Shown in pieces: positions 10,201 to 17,728 of a DNA stretch of 64,000 nucleotides. Positions within the stretch are counted from its first letter, which is position 1. Every line of letters starts with the position of its first letter. A program made the position numbers and the translations under genes. Source of the stretch: a virus; IMG/VR virus record IMGVR_UViG_3300009370_001603, positions 58,519-122,518 of that record; one strand, given 5' to 3'. The notes under the pieces were generated by a model, which did no database searches, was not told the origin of the DNA, and was given only the letters and a program-made list of their open reading frames with translations.

Positions 10201-11648
10201 ACAAACTCTCCCGGCTGAAGCATTGCGGGAACAGTGTCACGATTACCTGTGCCGGGAACCATGCCACCCCTAGCCATTGCCATAACCCTTCCACCCTCAG
10301 CTTTGGCGGAAAGACCTTTGAGTGCTCCTGCGGCCCCCTTGCCGAACGAAGACATGGCGCCAGCAAACTTAAATGCGGCAAAAGCACCAATTAGGGGTAT
10401 CAATGGTTTTAGAGCTTCGCCAACTTTGATTAATGCACTAGCTAAGTTCAGCGCGGTTTTAACCATCACCTGAAAAGAGGTGGTTTCAGTAAGACCACGA
10501 ACCAAGGCAAGAAATTCTTCTTTGGTCTTTTGTATTTGTACGGCTAAGGCCTGCTGTGCAGTAGCGGCATCTTTATCAAGACTTGAAGCTCCAGCTATAG
10601 CTGCCTGTCTAGCCCTCTCTGCCAATTCAAATTCTTGCAGTAAGGGAATGACCTTACCAATCTGTCGGAAGCCACCAAGCTGTTCAGCGATCTGAATAAA
10701 CTTTACATCGCCCGCTGGCACATCTCCAAGTGCCTTGCTCAATCTCTTTACGGCCTCCATCGGGCCTACAAAGTTACCCTGCATATCAGTAAGGCTAATA
10801 CCTAACTCTTTTAGGTACTGAAGGGTAGTTGGTCTCTGAATACGTGTAAGAATGGTACGTAAACCAGTAGCAATAGACTCTGCGCTTTCACGAGTCGTTG
10901 CACGAATAGATGTGAACAAACCTAAGAATTCATTCAGGTCGCCACCAGCGGCTTTAAAGACACCACCAGTACGGCGAATAGCGCCAATAAGGTCTCCGGA
11001 CTCAACGGCAAACTGTCCAGCAACAGCATTAATGGCACCAAGCTGCTCTTTTAGTTTACCAACACCTTGGCCAAACTGGGCTAAAATGGCAACAGCGCCT
11101 TCAGCCGTCTTGTTGATATCCTCAAATGTAGGAGCAAGGGTGGTCTTAGCCAGAGCTTCTAACGCAACTTTCAGATCAGTAGCTTGAATACCAGCTTGAG
11201 CTAGAATTCTAGTAGCATTCAGTAACTCTTTAGAAGAAGTACCTAGAGATACAGAGAGATTGGTAATCTCCTTACTAAGCCCTTTAAGATCTTTTACGCT
11301 CTTGCCGGTAACCTGCGAGATTTTTACAAGTTCTCGCTGAAAGTCAATCGCTTCATCAACGGCGCCCGCGATAGTGTTAGTAAAAAGACTAACGGCCCTA
11401 CTGGCAACAGTAAAGGCGGCAAACCTCTTTAGGGCTAACCCAAAAGATCTACCCATATCTTGAGCGGCACCCGCCGCTTCCTTGGTAGCGGTAGTGACCT
11501 GCTTGATTTGCTTAGTTGCTTTTGAGGCACCGGTAACCTTAACAGGTACAGACAAACCCTTGAGCTGTGACCTCATTTGGTTCACAACTTGGCTGGTGTT
11601 GGTCGGTGCCTGTAGTTTTAACTGTGCAGTCAGTACAAATTTAGACAT
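4239..11648 (-). CDS. Tail tape measure protein (TP901-family N-terminal core) with inserted domains
   Basis: 2469 aa, Ala/Gly/Lys-rich and helical. TP901-like core (AIDFQRELVKISQVTG..ILAQAG..TRESAESIATGLRTILTRI). Three DTVPA(M/L)LxPGEFV motifs. Lies downstream of tail tube and chaperone-like genes. Confidence 0.93.
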   Translation of the reverse strand: MSKFVLTAQLKLQAPTNTSQVVNQMRSQLKGLSVPVKVTGASKATKQIKQVTTATKEAAGAAQDMGRSFGLALKRFAAFTVASRAVSLFTNTIAGAVDEAIDFQRELVKISQVTGKSVKDLKGLSKEITNLSVSLGTSSKELLNATRILAQAGIQATDLKVALEALAKTTLAPTFEDINKTAEGAVAILAQFGQGVGKLKEQLGAINAVAGQFAVESGDLIGAIRRTGGVFKAAGGDLNEFLGLFTSIRATTRESAESIATGLRTILTRIQRPTTLQYLKELGISLTDMQGNFVGPMEAVKRLSKALGDVPAGDVKFIQIAEQLGGFRQIGKVIPLLQEFELAERARQAAIAGASSLDKDAATAQQALAVQIQKTKEEFLALVRGLTETTSFQVMVKTALNLASALIKVGEALKPLIPLIGAFAAFKFAGAMSSFGKGAAGALKGLSAKAEGGRVMAMARGGMVPGTGNRDTVPAMLQPGEFVIRKSSVRKLGAGRLAGMNKYAAGGQVSSFPSSKGYVKYEDETFYKGKGKKFNTAPVRGSGATRFNEDDSFSLDLQKRGINLNQYKKRIEADKGLTAKFNKYQKLAANRKHQARGLAFEGLLNSLGIAKTAGGSSRMDAMDGNKLVEIKSYEKQSARDLEKNIGDKMIGAALSPMSSIDRKVVPKLTEARLTDAANKFDLGQAWLYQDITPVQLTAASKKAAGKDKVLAKALDKKGRLRIGKFAAGGIVGTTRVGAAILDPDEPEKSKVDLGNISQANVKNNRRLKADKLAQKNLSQFFNGRKYSLTRKGLNKKTSDSFKKNILDGMAVGLDHATAALGADLGIGAQKLDDASKQEFIGHMAKRGAPMGNAFEAAVSVLDGKGKFRADQVSSPFDFPGGIGGALADNFSGLPGSWVDAKTSYKEASKANFRTKVANQIADEFYASGLASPKKKAGGGGISGRDTVPALLTPGEFVVNKKSAQRIGYASLNRMNKRGVTGFNAGGAVGIQKFAGGGGVGGGGGMGLMNLSIIAGAASTALQNLGDKSKEATDSQFAMAVAGEKASQLLMSAGVVFMLTMKGIEKGREIAAGKGKEEGGSEDGETKKEAAEDKKDAGEAKKDAKVDAEEQKPSQSAKAQAEAEQDAKLKEGAAKEAKEQKKLERAENQQAASKEEFKAAQEAESAGQTAIDTQKEEVAGKQANADQKKKDLDVEREMNQDAHNERITAQTDDNAAAAEQKSAHAERESLKEQQINTDKESMAASGESARAGLDKTAADEQVRKDQGKLNKEKNLLEGAEASEAKKNAKIDKDLAGHKENRQNLEKKAMTQEKGSDERKKTEASINKLEQREHELKNARNKNSKATADQKKKTVDAAKALRKSKQVQRGATKELTKANKKVKDVQGANKDLAAAFAKSDARIDKATKTRITTASKLVQANEKVKASDVKLDRTKRKSDSANNKLAGSQRKLSNLQTKQAGLFDKVTTAGKRLVQSTRILEGRQRNLNRTQQINSITARQAGKESSVLSRTFSALTGWMTKSGRAARRQKKEIMAQANAENLGASTKRRATVTTQHLTRNTSRLKKETLGADMAVKKVTKDMKRMKMAGMGGGGAGGPGLGRRMGGRAMSMGSGIGGVGMMAGMAAQMLASALSEISQRKSEQAVGKGDVSGAAKHARAGAVAEGMGRMFTLGGMIEMFQDPEGMRKRMAQDVQNKGARAAGEGARVRNELAFQALDEGKVTDMSQLGEVIGSSSRDALAELDKTTKSGVKADEKTRMEVEKSLKEGEKKFVTSLGSTAGSMADLQKGLASLGNKTAYTKDQLERMARTAFNVAEAQRALAKANFDNLKVMSAFNKANLGVDQFLNSLKTGSSTLADSIATVETASSNMGMGGEGSAALESIRQRIIKVAAGGDETTAQGKAVNRQFSRADAANKFMASVQSRVSNLDLNQGTEAAAKQSLESALLAGVKDADIRASIQGQIAAMGDIRGKDASALIAEITKGLGPMRDGALKAAKALLKHEQTITKLTTIRRQAELQYIAVQRQAIDAQLQFAKTFEEFGGAKLTADQKLSANLAKFNLGAKDAGVQQLRTGSVADIQSVASNIQSRMNQQQIDRATGGFQDTQGIDADRIKETNQSMKDLVGFIQAQIQATKDQIAIIEKRNSLEQSSIDKLLSGDIGGFLDQQAAAGAASALRTGDAEMAGMFSPQAMAEGIKLLKAEGADTATLQRAGEIAASSVGLDERAGQVLTGTTEELNALRNKGQALAAAGGQVSQMMADSAMMEIANAELTIERAEIKFKEEMERAGKKQERADAGLPLSKGGMVYASRGIFVPRGTDTVPAMLTPGEFVVNRAAVQRGNNLQLLRAMNGNGSTVNAGPAGAAAMSSGGTVGYYQFGDMVKQMGGFVETVGDLRSIFDGFSDAVTSLGKMEIGVTVNKPVDVNVRLLNDNILKVIDEKIMSATLDAVAQEIPKWKNTEGGGSARSESTLPS

Positions 11649-11683
11649 TTGATCTCTCTAAAATAGGCGACTACACTCTCCCC

Positions 11684-12568
11684 TTAGCTCTCCGTAATTT
11701 CAGTTGTTTCAGCCACTTCGGCTGCTTCAGTTGCTTTCTCTTTGGTGACCTTCGCTTTTCTGGTAGCCCTTTTCTTTTTGGGCGGAGCAAGGTCATTTAC
11801 GTAATCAACCACTTCGTAATTCCCATTCTCATCTAATGGGTTACCGTCAATGTCAATCCTGTTGCCATCTTCATCCAGATAGTGCCCAAGATCATTGATT
11901 ACGTTTCCGGTGGCGTCAACTCTTTGGCCATCGTGGTTGACGAGGTTTCCCTCTTCGTCCGCCAGCTCAAACATCCTTAACCACTTGTTTTCTGGTAGCT
12001 TCTTCTCAAAGTCTGAGTCCAGATTGTAGAGTATATTTCCTAACATGGAGGCGGCAGCAAAAGCAATCTGATCTGAGCTTTTGGTGTTGTAGTCTTCCAC
12101 GTTATTATACACTCTTTTATCGGAATCTTTGTAAAATGTGCAGTTAGCTACGAAGTAGTCGAATCTAGCGTTATCAGATAGTGCCTCAGCGGTATTTTCC
12201 TCTAAAGCAAGCCTTTCTGATATCAACTCTCTAAGCTCTGCCCTTAACTCACGCATACCTACAGCCAGCTTCTTGCCATCAGAAACTTTAGGTTTTTTAC
12301 CGTCTGACCCCCTATAAAGGGTTTTTTCCATTTTTGATATCTCGTCACCAATATCTGACTCCTTGTCACTCTTTGACTTATCCCAAATTCCACGTTCCTC
12401 CATTAGTGACTTTAGCTCTTTTTTGGTGATAATCCCCTCTCTGATACACTTATTCCAGACTCTCGCCCTGTGCATGTCGGCATTGGAAATATCTTCATTT
12501 GACGGCTTTTTAACGTACACGGTTATCTTTTTGCCATCTACTGTTACTTCTTTTTCTTCTCGACTCAT
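11684..12568 (-). CDS. Putative tail assembly chaperone
   Basis: Immediately upstream of tape measure. Acidic C-terminal D-x-x-G-N repeats (DEEGN, DATGN, DEDGN, DIDGN, DENGN). Strong AAGGAGG RBS. Function is positional inference. Confidence 0.5.
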   Translation of the reverse strand: MSREEKEVTVDGKKITVYVKKPSNEDISNADMHRARVWNKCIREGIITKKELKSLMEERGIWDKSKSDKESDIGDEISKMEKTLYRGSDGKKPKVSDGKKLAVGMRELRAELRELISERLALEENTAEALSDNARFDYFVANCTFYKDSDKRVYNNVEDYNTKSSDQIAFAAASMLGNILYNLDSDFEKKLPENKWLRMFELADEEGNLVNHDGQRVDATGNVINDLGHYLDEDGNRIDIDGNPLDENGNYEVVDYVNDLAPPKKKRATRKAKVTKEKATEAAEVAETTEITES

Positions 12569-12571
12569 ATC

Positions 12572-12931
12572 CTAGTCCTCCTTAGTTTGTACTGGTATGT
12601 CTACAGAATATCTTAACCATTTAATGTCGTACTGGTTCAGCTCTGCGTCTATGTTTCTAGCTTGGGTATTTCCCTTGTCTAGTATCTCAGAGCGAACCTT
12701 TTGAAAAGTATCGAACATTATCTTTTGCTCCGGGGATAACTCCTCCCCATCCTTCCCCGTCCATAAAAAACAAAAATGCTCTTCTATTGAACTTAGGGCG
12801 CCAATCATAGTAGTCTCGACTTTTTTCCTGAGTATTTTGGAAAGTCTAAACTTTGAATCGTGCTTATATTTCTCATCTCTTTGCGACTTATACTCCTTCT
12901 GCTCCCTTATTAATTTGTCAAATTCATCCAT
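12572..12931 (-). CDS. Hypothetical protein (tail assembly region)
   Basis: 119-aa ORF with AGGAG RBS, tightly packed in the tail operon. Confidence 0.7.
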   Translation of the reverse strand: MDEFDKLIREQKEYKSQRDEKYKHDSKFRLSKILRKKVETTMIGALSSIEEHFCFLWTGKDGEELSPEQKIMFDTFQKVRSEILDKGNTQARNIDAELNQYDIKWLRYSVDIPVQTKED

Positions 12932-12937
12932 CTTAAT

Positions 12938-13984
12938 CTATCTCCTAAATTTATTTTTGTATTGTTCATTAGACATCTGTCTTAGTTCCAGCTGTTTATC
13001 TTGAAGGTACTGGTCCTGAATTTCTCCTCCCGCAGCCTTGACTTGGGCTATCCTCTGCTTTTTGAGTATTTGCATGTGCAGCGAGTTTGCATCATTGATT
13101 CTTTCTGCTTCTTCTGCGCTATCCGTAAAAATGTAAACTTCTTCTGAGTTTGTTATTTTCTCGTTATTTGTCATGTTCGCAACCTCCGACTGAAGCTTCT
13201 CTTTTTCCTGTTTCTTCCTTTGAATAATAAACCATCCGTCTAGCAAATCGTCATCATCTATGACTTCATCTCCGGGACACTCCATTGATTCTTGGGCATT
13301 ATCATACATTCTAGACCAGATACAAATATTCCTCTGGTCAAAAGATAGCTCTTGTTTTGAAGAGTTTTGGAACAAATCTTGGCCGGTCTCATCCTTCATT
13401 AACCAGATTGACCTCCAAGGTTCATTTCTCGCTAACTCCCGTATTTCTCCCTCTTTAAAGTAACTAGTAGTTAATAGTGAAAAGATCCTATTGGCATCTA
13501 TCGTGGAAAAATCGCAAAGTTCATTGCCTAGATAGGTGCATCTTTTAACATGCTCCAAACACCTCTTTATAAAAGCAATTCCCTCGCATGTATTCTCATA
13601 GTGCGAATCTCTTTTGGCCGACTCTTCTTTTAACGCCTTCTCAGTAGCCCTTAAGTAGGCTCTGGCGGTTTCCCTGACGTTATGTTTGTATCTATTTTCA
13701 AACATCTGGATTTTTAATTTGTCTATATTATCTTCCAGATCCTTTATCTTTTTGTCGCCCTCCTCTGTCCATAGTTCTTTTTCATACATCCATTCTAGCA
13801 TCTCGTCCTGAGTCATCAGGTCTTGCTGATAAGCCTCATTGTATGCATCCATAAACGTTTGATTTATATAAAACTCATCTTCTATATTTGGTGTGACTAC
13901 TTTGAGCTTAATATTGTCATAGTCAATGATATAAATGCCAGACCTTAGTCTAGAAACAAAATACTCCCGCTCATGGTGCTTCAT
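12938..13984 (-). CDS. Hypothetical protein, possible tail assembly chaperone
   Basis: 348 aa, charged and helical. First gene after the tail tube. Confidence 0.55.
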   Translation of the reverse strand: MKHHEREYFVSRLRSGIYIIDYDNIKLKVVTPNIEDEFYINQTFMDAYNEAYQQDLMTQDEMLEWMYEKELWTEEGDKKIKDLEDNIDKLKIQMFENRYKHNVRETARAYLRATEKALKEESAKRDSHYENTCEGIAFIKRCLEHVKRCTYLGNELCDFSTIDANRIFSLLTTSYFKEGEIRELARNEPWRSIWLMKDETGQDLFQNSSKQELSFDQRNICIWSRMYDNAQESMECPGDEVIDDDDLLDGWFIIQRKKQEKEKLQSEVANMTNNEKITNSEEVYIFTDSAEEAERINDANSLHMQILKKQRIAQVKAAGGEIQDQYLQDKQLELRQMSNEQYKNKFRR

Positions 13985-14131
13985 TACAAAACCTCACGGC
14001 GGGAGTATGTGTATATCATAGTATATATTCCTTTCCTTTTACCTTATAACATTACTTGCCTTTCCTAAATCTTAGCTATCGCAAGTTATAAAGTCAGTCC
14101 ACAGTAGCCATATTCCTACTGCAAAGTCAAA

Positions 14132-15322
14132 TTAATCTTGATAGAAGACGCCAGTTGCGAATGTTGCAACCGCATCCGCACCATTCAGCTCTTTCAGTAC
14201 TTCAAATCCAATATATCCATTAGCTCCCAGATCCTGAACATCAAGCTCGTTGAAGTTGGTGTAACTGTAGGTACACGTAGCGTTACCACCAGTTGCGTCA
14301 CCCCCTCCATAGCTCACGCTGGAGAGTCTGTTCTTACGGCCCAAGTCCCAAGCGTAACCAGCTCTAGTGCAGACGAAGATATCTTCATCTGAAGTATTAT
14401 TACCAGAAGCTATGGTGCCGTCTAACGCAGAGTCTCCAAACTCATAAGCATTTACAAAGTCACCAGACGTGGTAATAGCTTCAATCTCACAGGTTACTTC
14501 AATCGGGAACGTAGCAGGACGTGTATAAGGCGTCTTTCTACCCAGTTCCAAAATGTCTTCACGAGAGAAGTCCGTGCTAACTGAGAAGCTTTGAACGTGA
14601 ATTCTGGGGCTATTTGCTCCCGGATCAAACGCATTGGCGTATCCGCTACCAACAACACCCATGATACTATTTGGGAAAATGCATCCGGACATTAGAACGT
14701 CCTCACGTTGCTGTACACCACCAGATGCGGTAATCGAACCATCAACAGCACCAGAAGTAAGGGCAGCCGGGCTATCTTGCCCGTCAAAGGCATCAACTGC
14801 CGTAGCTGTAAGCTTTTGACTAGAAGTTAACCACTGCTTATTGTTACCAACCAAGGTGACAGATTCTGTCATGCTACCATCAGTCGGGATGGTGTACGAA
14901 ACAGAACTAATGAAAAGGCCAGAGCAGTAAACTTCAGCTTCAGCTGAGGCATTACCCGCACTAACATTATTTTTATCGTCTGGGAAGATACCAAGTCTAA
15001 GGTCACACTGAGACTTAGATCGACCAACAAGGCCAGAGCCGCCCGGAGTGCCGTCTAGACCGCCAACGCTGGCCAAGTGATATATAAGTGGATATCCATC
15101 AAGAACTTTCTCTAACGTCACCTCGACATCTGGAGTACCTTCGATGTTTTCGTAAATTTCAATCTGGCCAAGTTCAAAAGCTTGTTCCAAGTTGAAGGTT
15201 GTATTCATGCCAACACTTTGTAGACCATGGACCATCTCCGCAGCGGTGATATCTCCACCATCTTGGAAGGGCTGTATGCCTACTGCCTGTGTTGCATAAA
15301 ATATTCTTTTATTATCTGACAT
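14132..15322 (-). CDS. Major tail tube protein
   Basis: 396 aa, beta-rich with internal duplication (GLQSVGMNTTFNLEQAFELGQ / HVQSFSVSTDFSREDILELGR). Has its own late motif and GAGGAG RBS. Lies between terminator-like gene and tape measure. Confidence 0.75.
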   Translation of the reverse strand: MSDNKRIFYATQAVGIQPFQDGGDITAAEMVHGLQSVGMNTTFNLEQAFELGQIEIYENIEGTPDVEVTLEKVLDGYPLIYHLASVGGLDGTPGGSGLVGRSKSQCDLRLGIFPDDKNNVSAGNASAEAEVYCSGLFISSVSYTIPTDGSMTESVTLVGNNKQWLTSSQKLTATAVDAFDGQDSPAALTSGAVDGSITASGGVQQREDVLMSGCIFPNSIMGVVGSGYANAFDPGANSPRIHVQSFSVSTDFSREDILELGRKTPYTRPATFPIEVTCEIEAITTSGDFVNAYEFGDSALDGTIASGNNTSDEDIFVCTRAGYAWDLGRKNRLSSVSYGGGDATGGNATCTYSYTNFNELDVQDLGANGYIGFEVLKELNGADAVATFATGVFYQD

Positions 15323-15361
15323 TTTTTCTCTCCTCTAATGGAAAAAAGATTTTCTACTAAT

Positions 15362-15370
15362 TTATACACG
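15362..15370 (-). promoter_or_regulatory. Late promoter motif (CGTGTATAA)
   Basis: Intergenic, about 40 bp upstream of the tail tube ATG; one of 7 intergenic copies. Confidence 0.6.
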
Positions 15371-15376
15371 AAAAAG

Positions 15377-16363
15377 TTAAATATTTGATTTTATTACGTC
15401 TGTAGTCACTCTGACTACCCCTCCAAAAATATTGGAGTCTATCATCTGCATTTGCTGTACAGAAGCCTTTGTTATCCTCATTTTTCCGCCATAATACTGT
15501 TCAACTAGATCTGGATATCTCAAAGCGCTTGGGACTGGCGTTCCCTTGTAGTCTATAGGGAACTTACCAGCCGAATTTATGCTATTGCTATCGAAAAAAG
15601 AGATATTCTTATCATTTTGTAATGAAACTATATCTATTAGCTTATTTCTAGTTACTTCATCCTCAGCTATACAATGGAAAATCACATCTGTGAAGACCCA
15701 TTGTCCACCACCCAATTGATAGCCCTGAAATGTCCTGAGAGGCACTACCTCTACTGCTATCATCGGCAATTGAACCTTAGCTTCCTGCGGCACATTTACA
15801 TCACCCTTTTCGTTAGTAAGGAAATTTGAGGCCACCGCTAGGCTTTTGGCCTGTAATTCCTGTATCCAAGGCAAATTATTAGCATAAATAACATTTATAT
15901 ACTTATAACTATGCTCTGCTTGGACTTTTGACCCCGTAGGGATCGCACTATCGAACACAATCCTTCCATTAAAGTAATCAACGTAGTGGGAATAGTCACC
16001 AGTAGTATCTGATGCGTAGAAGGTATCATCTACCCACACACCCGAAATTCCGGGGATCTCATGATTGCTCCCAGTGATTGGGTCATCTAATCCCGCAACC
16101 CCTGAGACACCACTTTGCCAAATCCAGTTTTTCCTAAACCCTTCCCACGCTTGACCGGCTACAAAATTGTCATTTTTTGACAGCCTTAATCTGCTGTAAT
16201 CCTGCGAACTTGGGGATGATTCCCCTAGTGTACTGTTAAAATAGTTGCCCTTCTCAAGTAAAGACCAATCAAAATACTCTATTAGATTATCCTGTATATC
16301 ATTACTTAAAGTAGACTGATGTACAGAGGTAAAGCCCTTCAACGGTGAATAATAATCAGACAT
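15377..16363 (-). CDS. Putative tail terminator/completion protein
   Basis: C-terminal QLPMIAVEV..YQLGG..VIFHCIAEDEVTRNKLIDIV resembles terminator folds. Directly upstream of the tail tube. Confidence 0.55.
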   Translation of the reverse strand: MSDYYSPLKGFTSVHQSTLSNDIQDNLIEYFDWSLLEKGNYFNSTLGESSPSSQDYSRLRLSKNDNFVAGQAWEGFRKNWIWQSGVSGVAGLDDPITGSNHEIPGISGVWVDDTFYASDTTGDYSHYVDYFNGRIVFDSAIPTGSKVQAEHSYKYINVIYANNLPWIQELQAKSLAVASNFLTNEKGDVNVPQEAKVQLPMIAVEVVPLRTFQGYQLGGGQWVFTDVIFHCIAEDEVTRNKLIDIVSLQNDKNISFFDSNSINSAGKFPIDYKGTPVPSALRYPDLVEQYYGGKMRITKASVQQMQMIDSNIFGGVVRVTTDVIKSNI

Positions 16364-16366
16364 ACC

Positions 16367-17014
16367 TTATACCAATAATTGAGTTAGAACATTGGAAACT
16401 TCTTTCTCTTTTCCTGCAAACGCCCTAGTTATAAAGTTATTTCCAGCAGTACCTGCATGTTCGGGGGGAACCCTAAAAGAGCCACCAATTTTCATAGTTC
16501 CACCTCCGGAACGACCTTTATTGGAAGGCTGGTAAAAGAACCCCTTTACTATAATTGTATCACCCTTTGTTATCAACCAATCTAACCAGTGCAAGTCCTC
16601 ACCAAACGCAGTGATCTGGTGGCCTTCTCCTAGGCCAATCAAATTGCTTAGTGATTTTTCTTGAAAATTAAAAACAATCTCTCCGGAAAAGTTGGAAGAA
16701 AGTCTACTAATCCTTATTTCTGAAGCGTCTGCTACAGAATCTACTATTGCGCTAACGGCGGCGTGGGCGGCTCCCGGCGGTAGTCCAAATAGCGCATTTA
16801 AACTTTCTGGAACCCCTTGAGCCAAAAGGCTACTGACTTCTGGCGACTGCCGTAACCACCCTTTGATTGCCTCCTTCAATCTCCTTGTTACTTTTGCACG
16901 ATTTTTTATTATGGTTTTGCTTATTTGTTCGCTTAATATCTTATTTATCTTTTTAGATATTTCAGCATTTGAGTCGTTAAGCGTAATTGAGATGGTCACA
17001 CGCTTCTCTCCCAA
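16367..17014 (-). CDS. Putative neck/tail completion protein
   Basis: Neck-region position; C-terminal AGTAGNNFITRA is reminiscent of HK97 gp10-like proteins. Start codon uncertain. Confidence 0.45.
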   Translation of the reverse strand: MGEKRVTISITLNDSNAEISKKINKILSEQISKTIIKNRAKVTRRLKEAIKGWLRQSPEVSSLLAQGVPESLNALFGLPPGAAHAAVSAIVDSVADASEIRISRLSSNFSGEIVFNFQEKSLSNLIGLGEGHQITAFGEDLHWLDWLITKGDTIIVKGFFYQPSNKGRSGGGTMKIGGSFRVPPEHAGTAGNNFITRAFAGKEKEVSNVLTQLLV

Positions 17015-17478
17015 AAACAGCCAAAGTATCTATTCTGTTTTAGTCCCATGGGAAATGGTTCGCCTGACATTTTGAATCTCATTTCCTTATAGTCTTTAAT
17101 ATCTTTGTGGACGATTAATTCTTTTGCACGCACAATCTTCGGCAAATCTGTAGCGTAAAATATAGTCTGGATGGCATTGTCGGGAACCACTATTTCCCCT
17201 CCAACCTTGACCCAGCTTTTACTGTCCCAGTAAACCTTTAATTTTAGGTCTTCAGTTTTTTCAACTTCTTTAAAGACTTTATTCTGTCTTTTATACTGGT
17301 CCTGTGGTCTTCTGTGGGCATTCACCGAATTATTGCTTGGAATATTATTATAGCTGTTAGAAATCTCCTCTACCTTTTCAATATATACCAATTGACATGT
17401 GACTCCAAATATGTTAAATGTGGAATCAACTACATCGTAGTACTTATCGAAAACGCTTTGGGGTATGGTTACAGGCAT
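16996..17478 (-). CDS. Putative head closure (stopper) protein
   Basis: 160 aa, beta-rich, in the canonical position before neck/terminator genes. Confidence 0.5.
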   Translation of the reverse strand: MPVTIPQSVFDKYYDVVDSTFNIFGVTCQLVYIEKVEEISNSYNNIPSNNSVNAHRRPQDQYKRQNKVFKEVEKTEDLKLKVYWDSKSWVKVGGEIVVPDNAIQTIFYATDLPKIVRAKELIVHKDIKDYKEMRFKMSGEPFPMGLKQNRYFGCFWERSV

Positions 17479-17675
17479 TAGCTTGGACCACCGCCATAGT
17501 GCTCATCAAAACGTGTGTTCAGGCGAGAATAGTGTGTTCCAGAAGCAACGAATTGGTTTACTTCTGGATCTATTCGTCTATTCGCCGTATCACCATTTTC
17601 TTGAACTGAAACGACTATTGAGCCGTTCTTTATGTCGGTAGAAGCCTTCGCTTTTCTTACTATCTCGTCAGGCAT
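17478..17675 (-). CDS. Small hypothetical protein
   Basis: 65 aa, GGAG RBS, TAATG coupling to the next gene. Confidence 0.65.
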   Translation of the reverse strand: MPDEIVRKAKASTDIKNGSIVVSVQENGDTANRRIDPEVNQFVASGTHYSRLNTRFDEHYGGGPS

Positions 17676-17728
17676 TTTTCTCTCCGTTTTATTAAAAAAT
17701 TAATAACTATTATTTGCTTCGACTAGGG

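Noticed and set aside
4221-13984. Amber readthrough or recoding: TAG stops at 12938, 12572 and 4239 are each in frame with the next gene
   Set aside because: The downstream genes at 12931 and 12568 have strong RBSs, other TAG stops (24190, 25726) are out of frame, and long genes are intact in code 11. Chance is sufficient.
14102-14122. Hairpin after the tail tube gene as a terminator
   Set aside because: Stem GCAGTAG/CTACTGT is present but lacks an adjacent U-tract; too weak to call.
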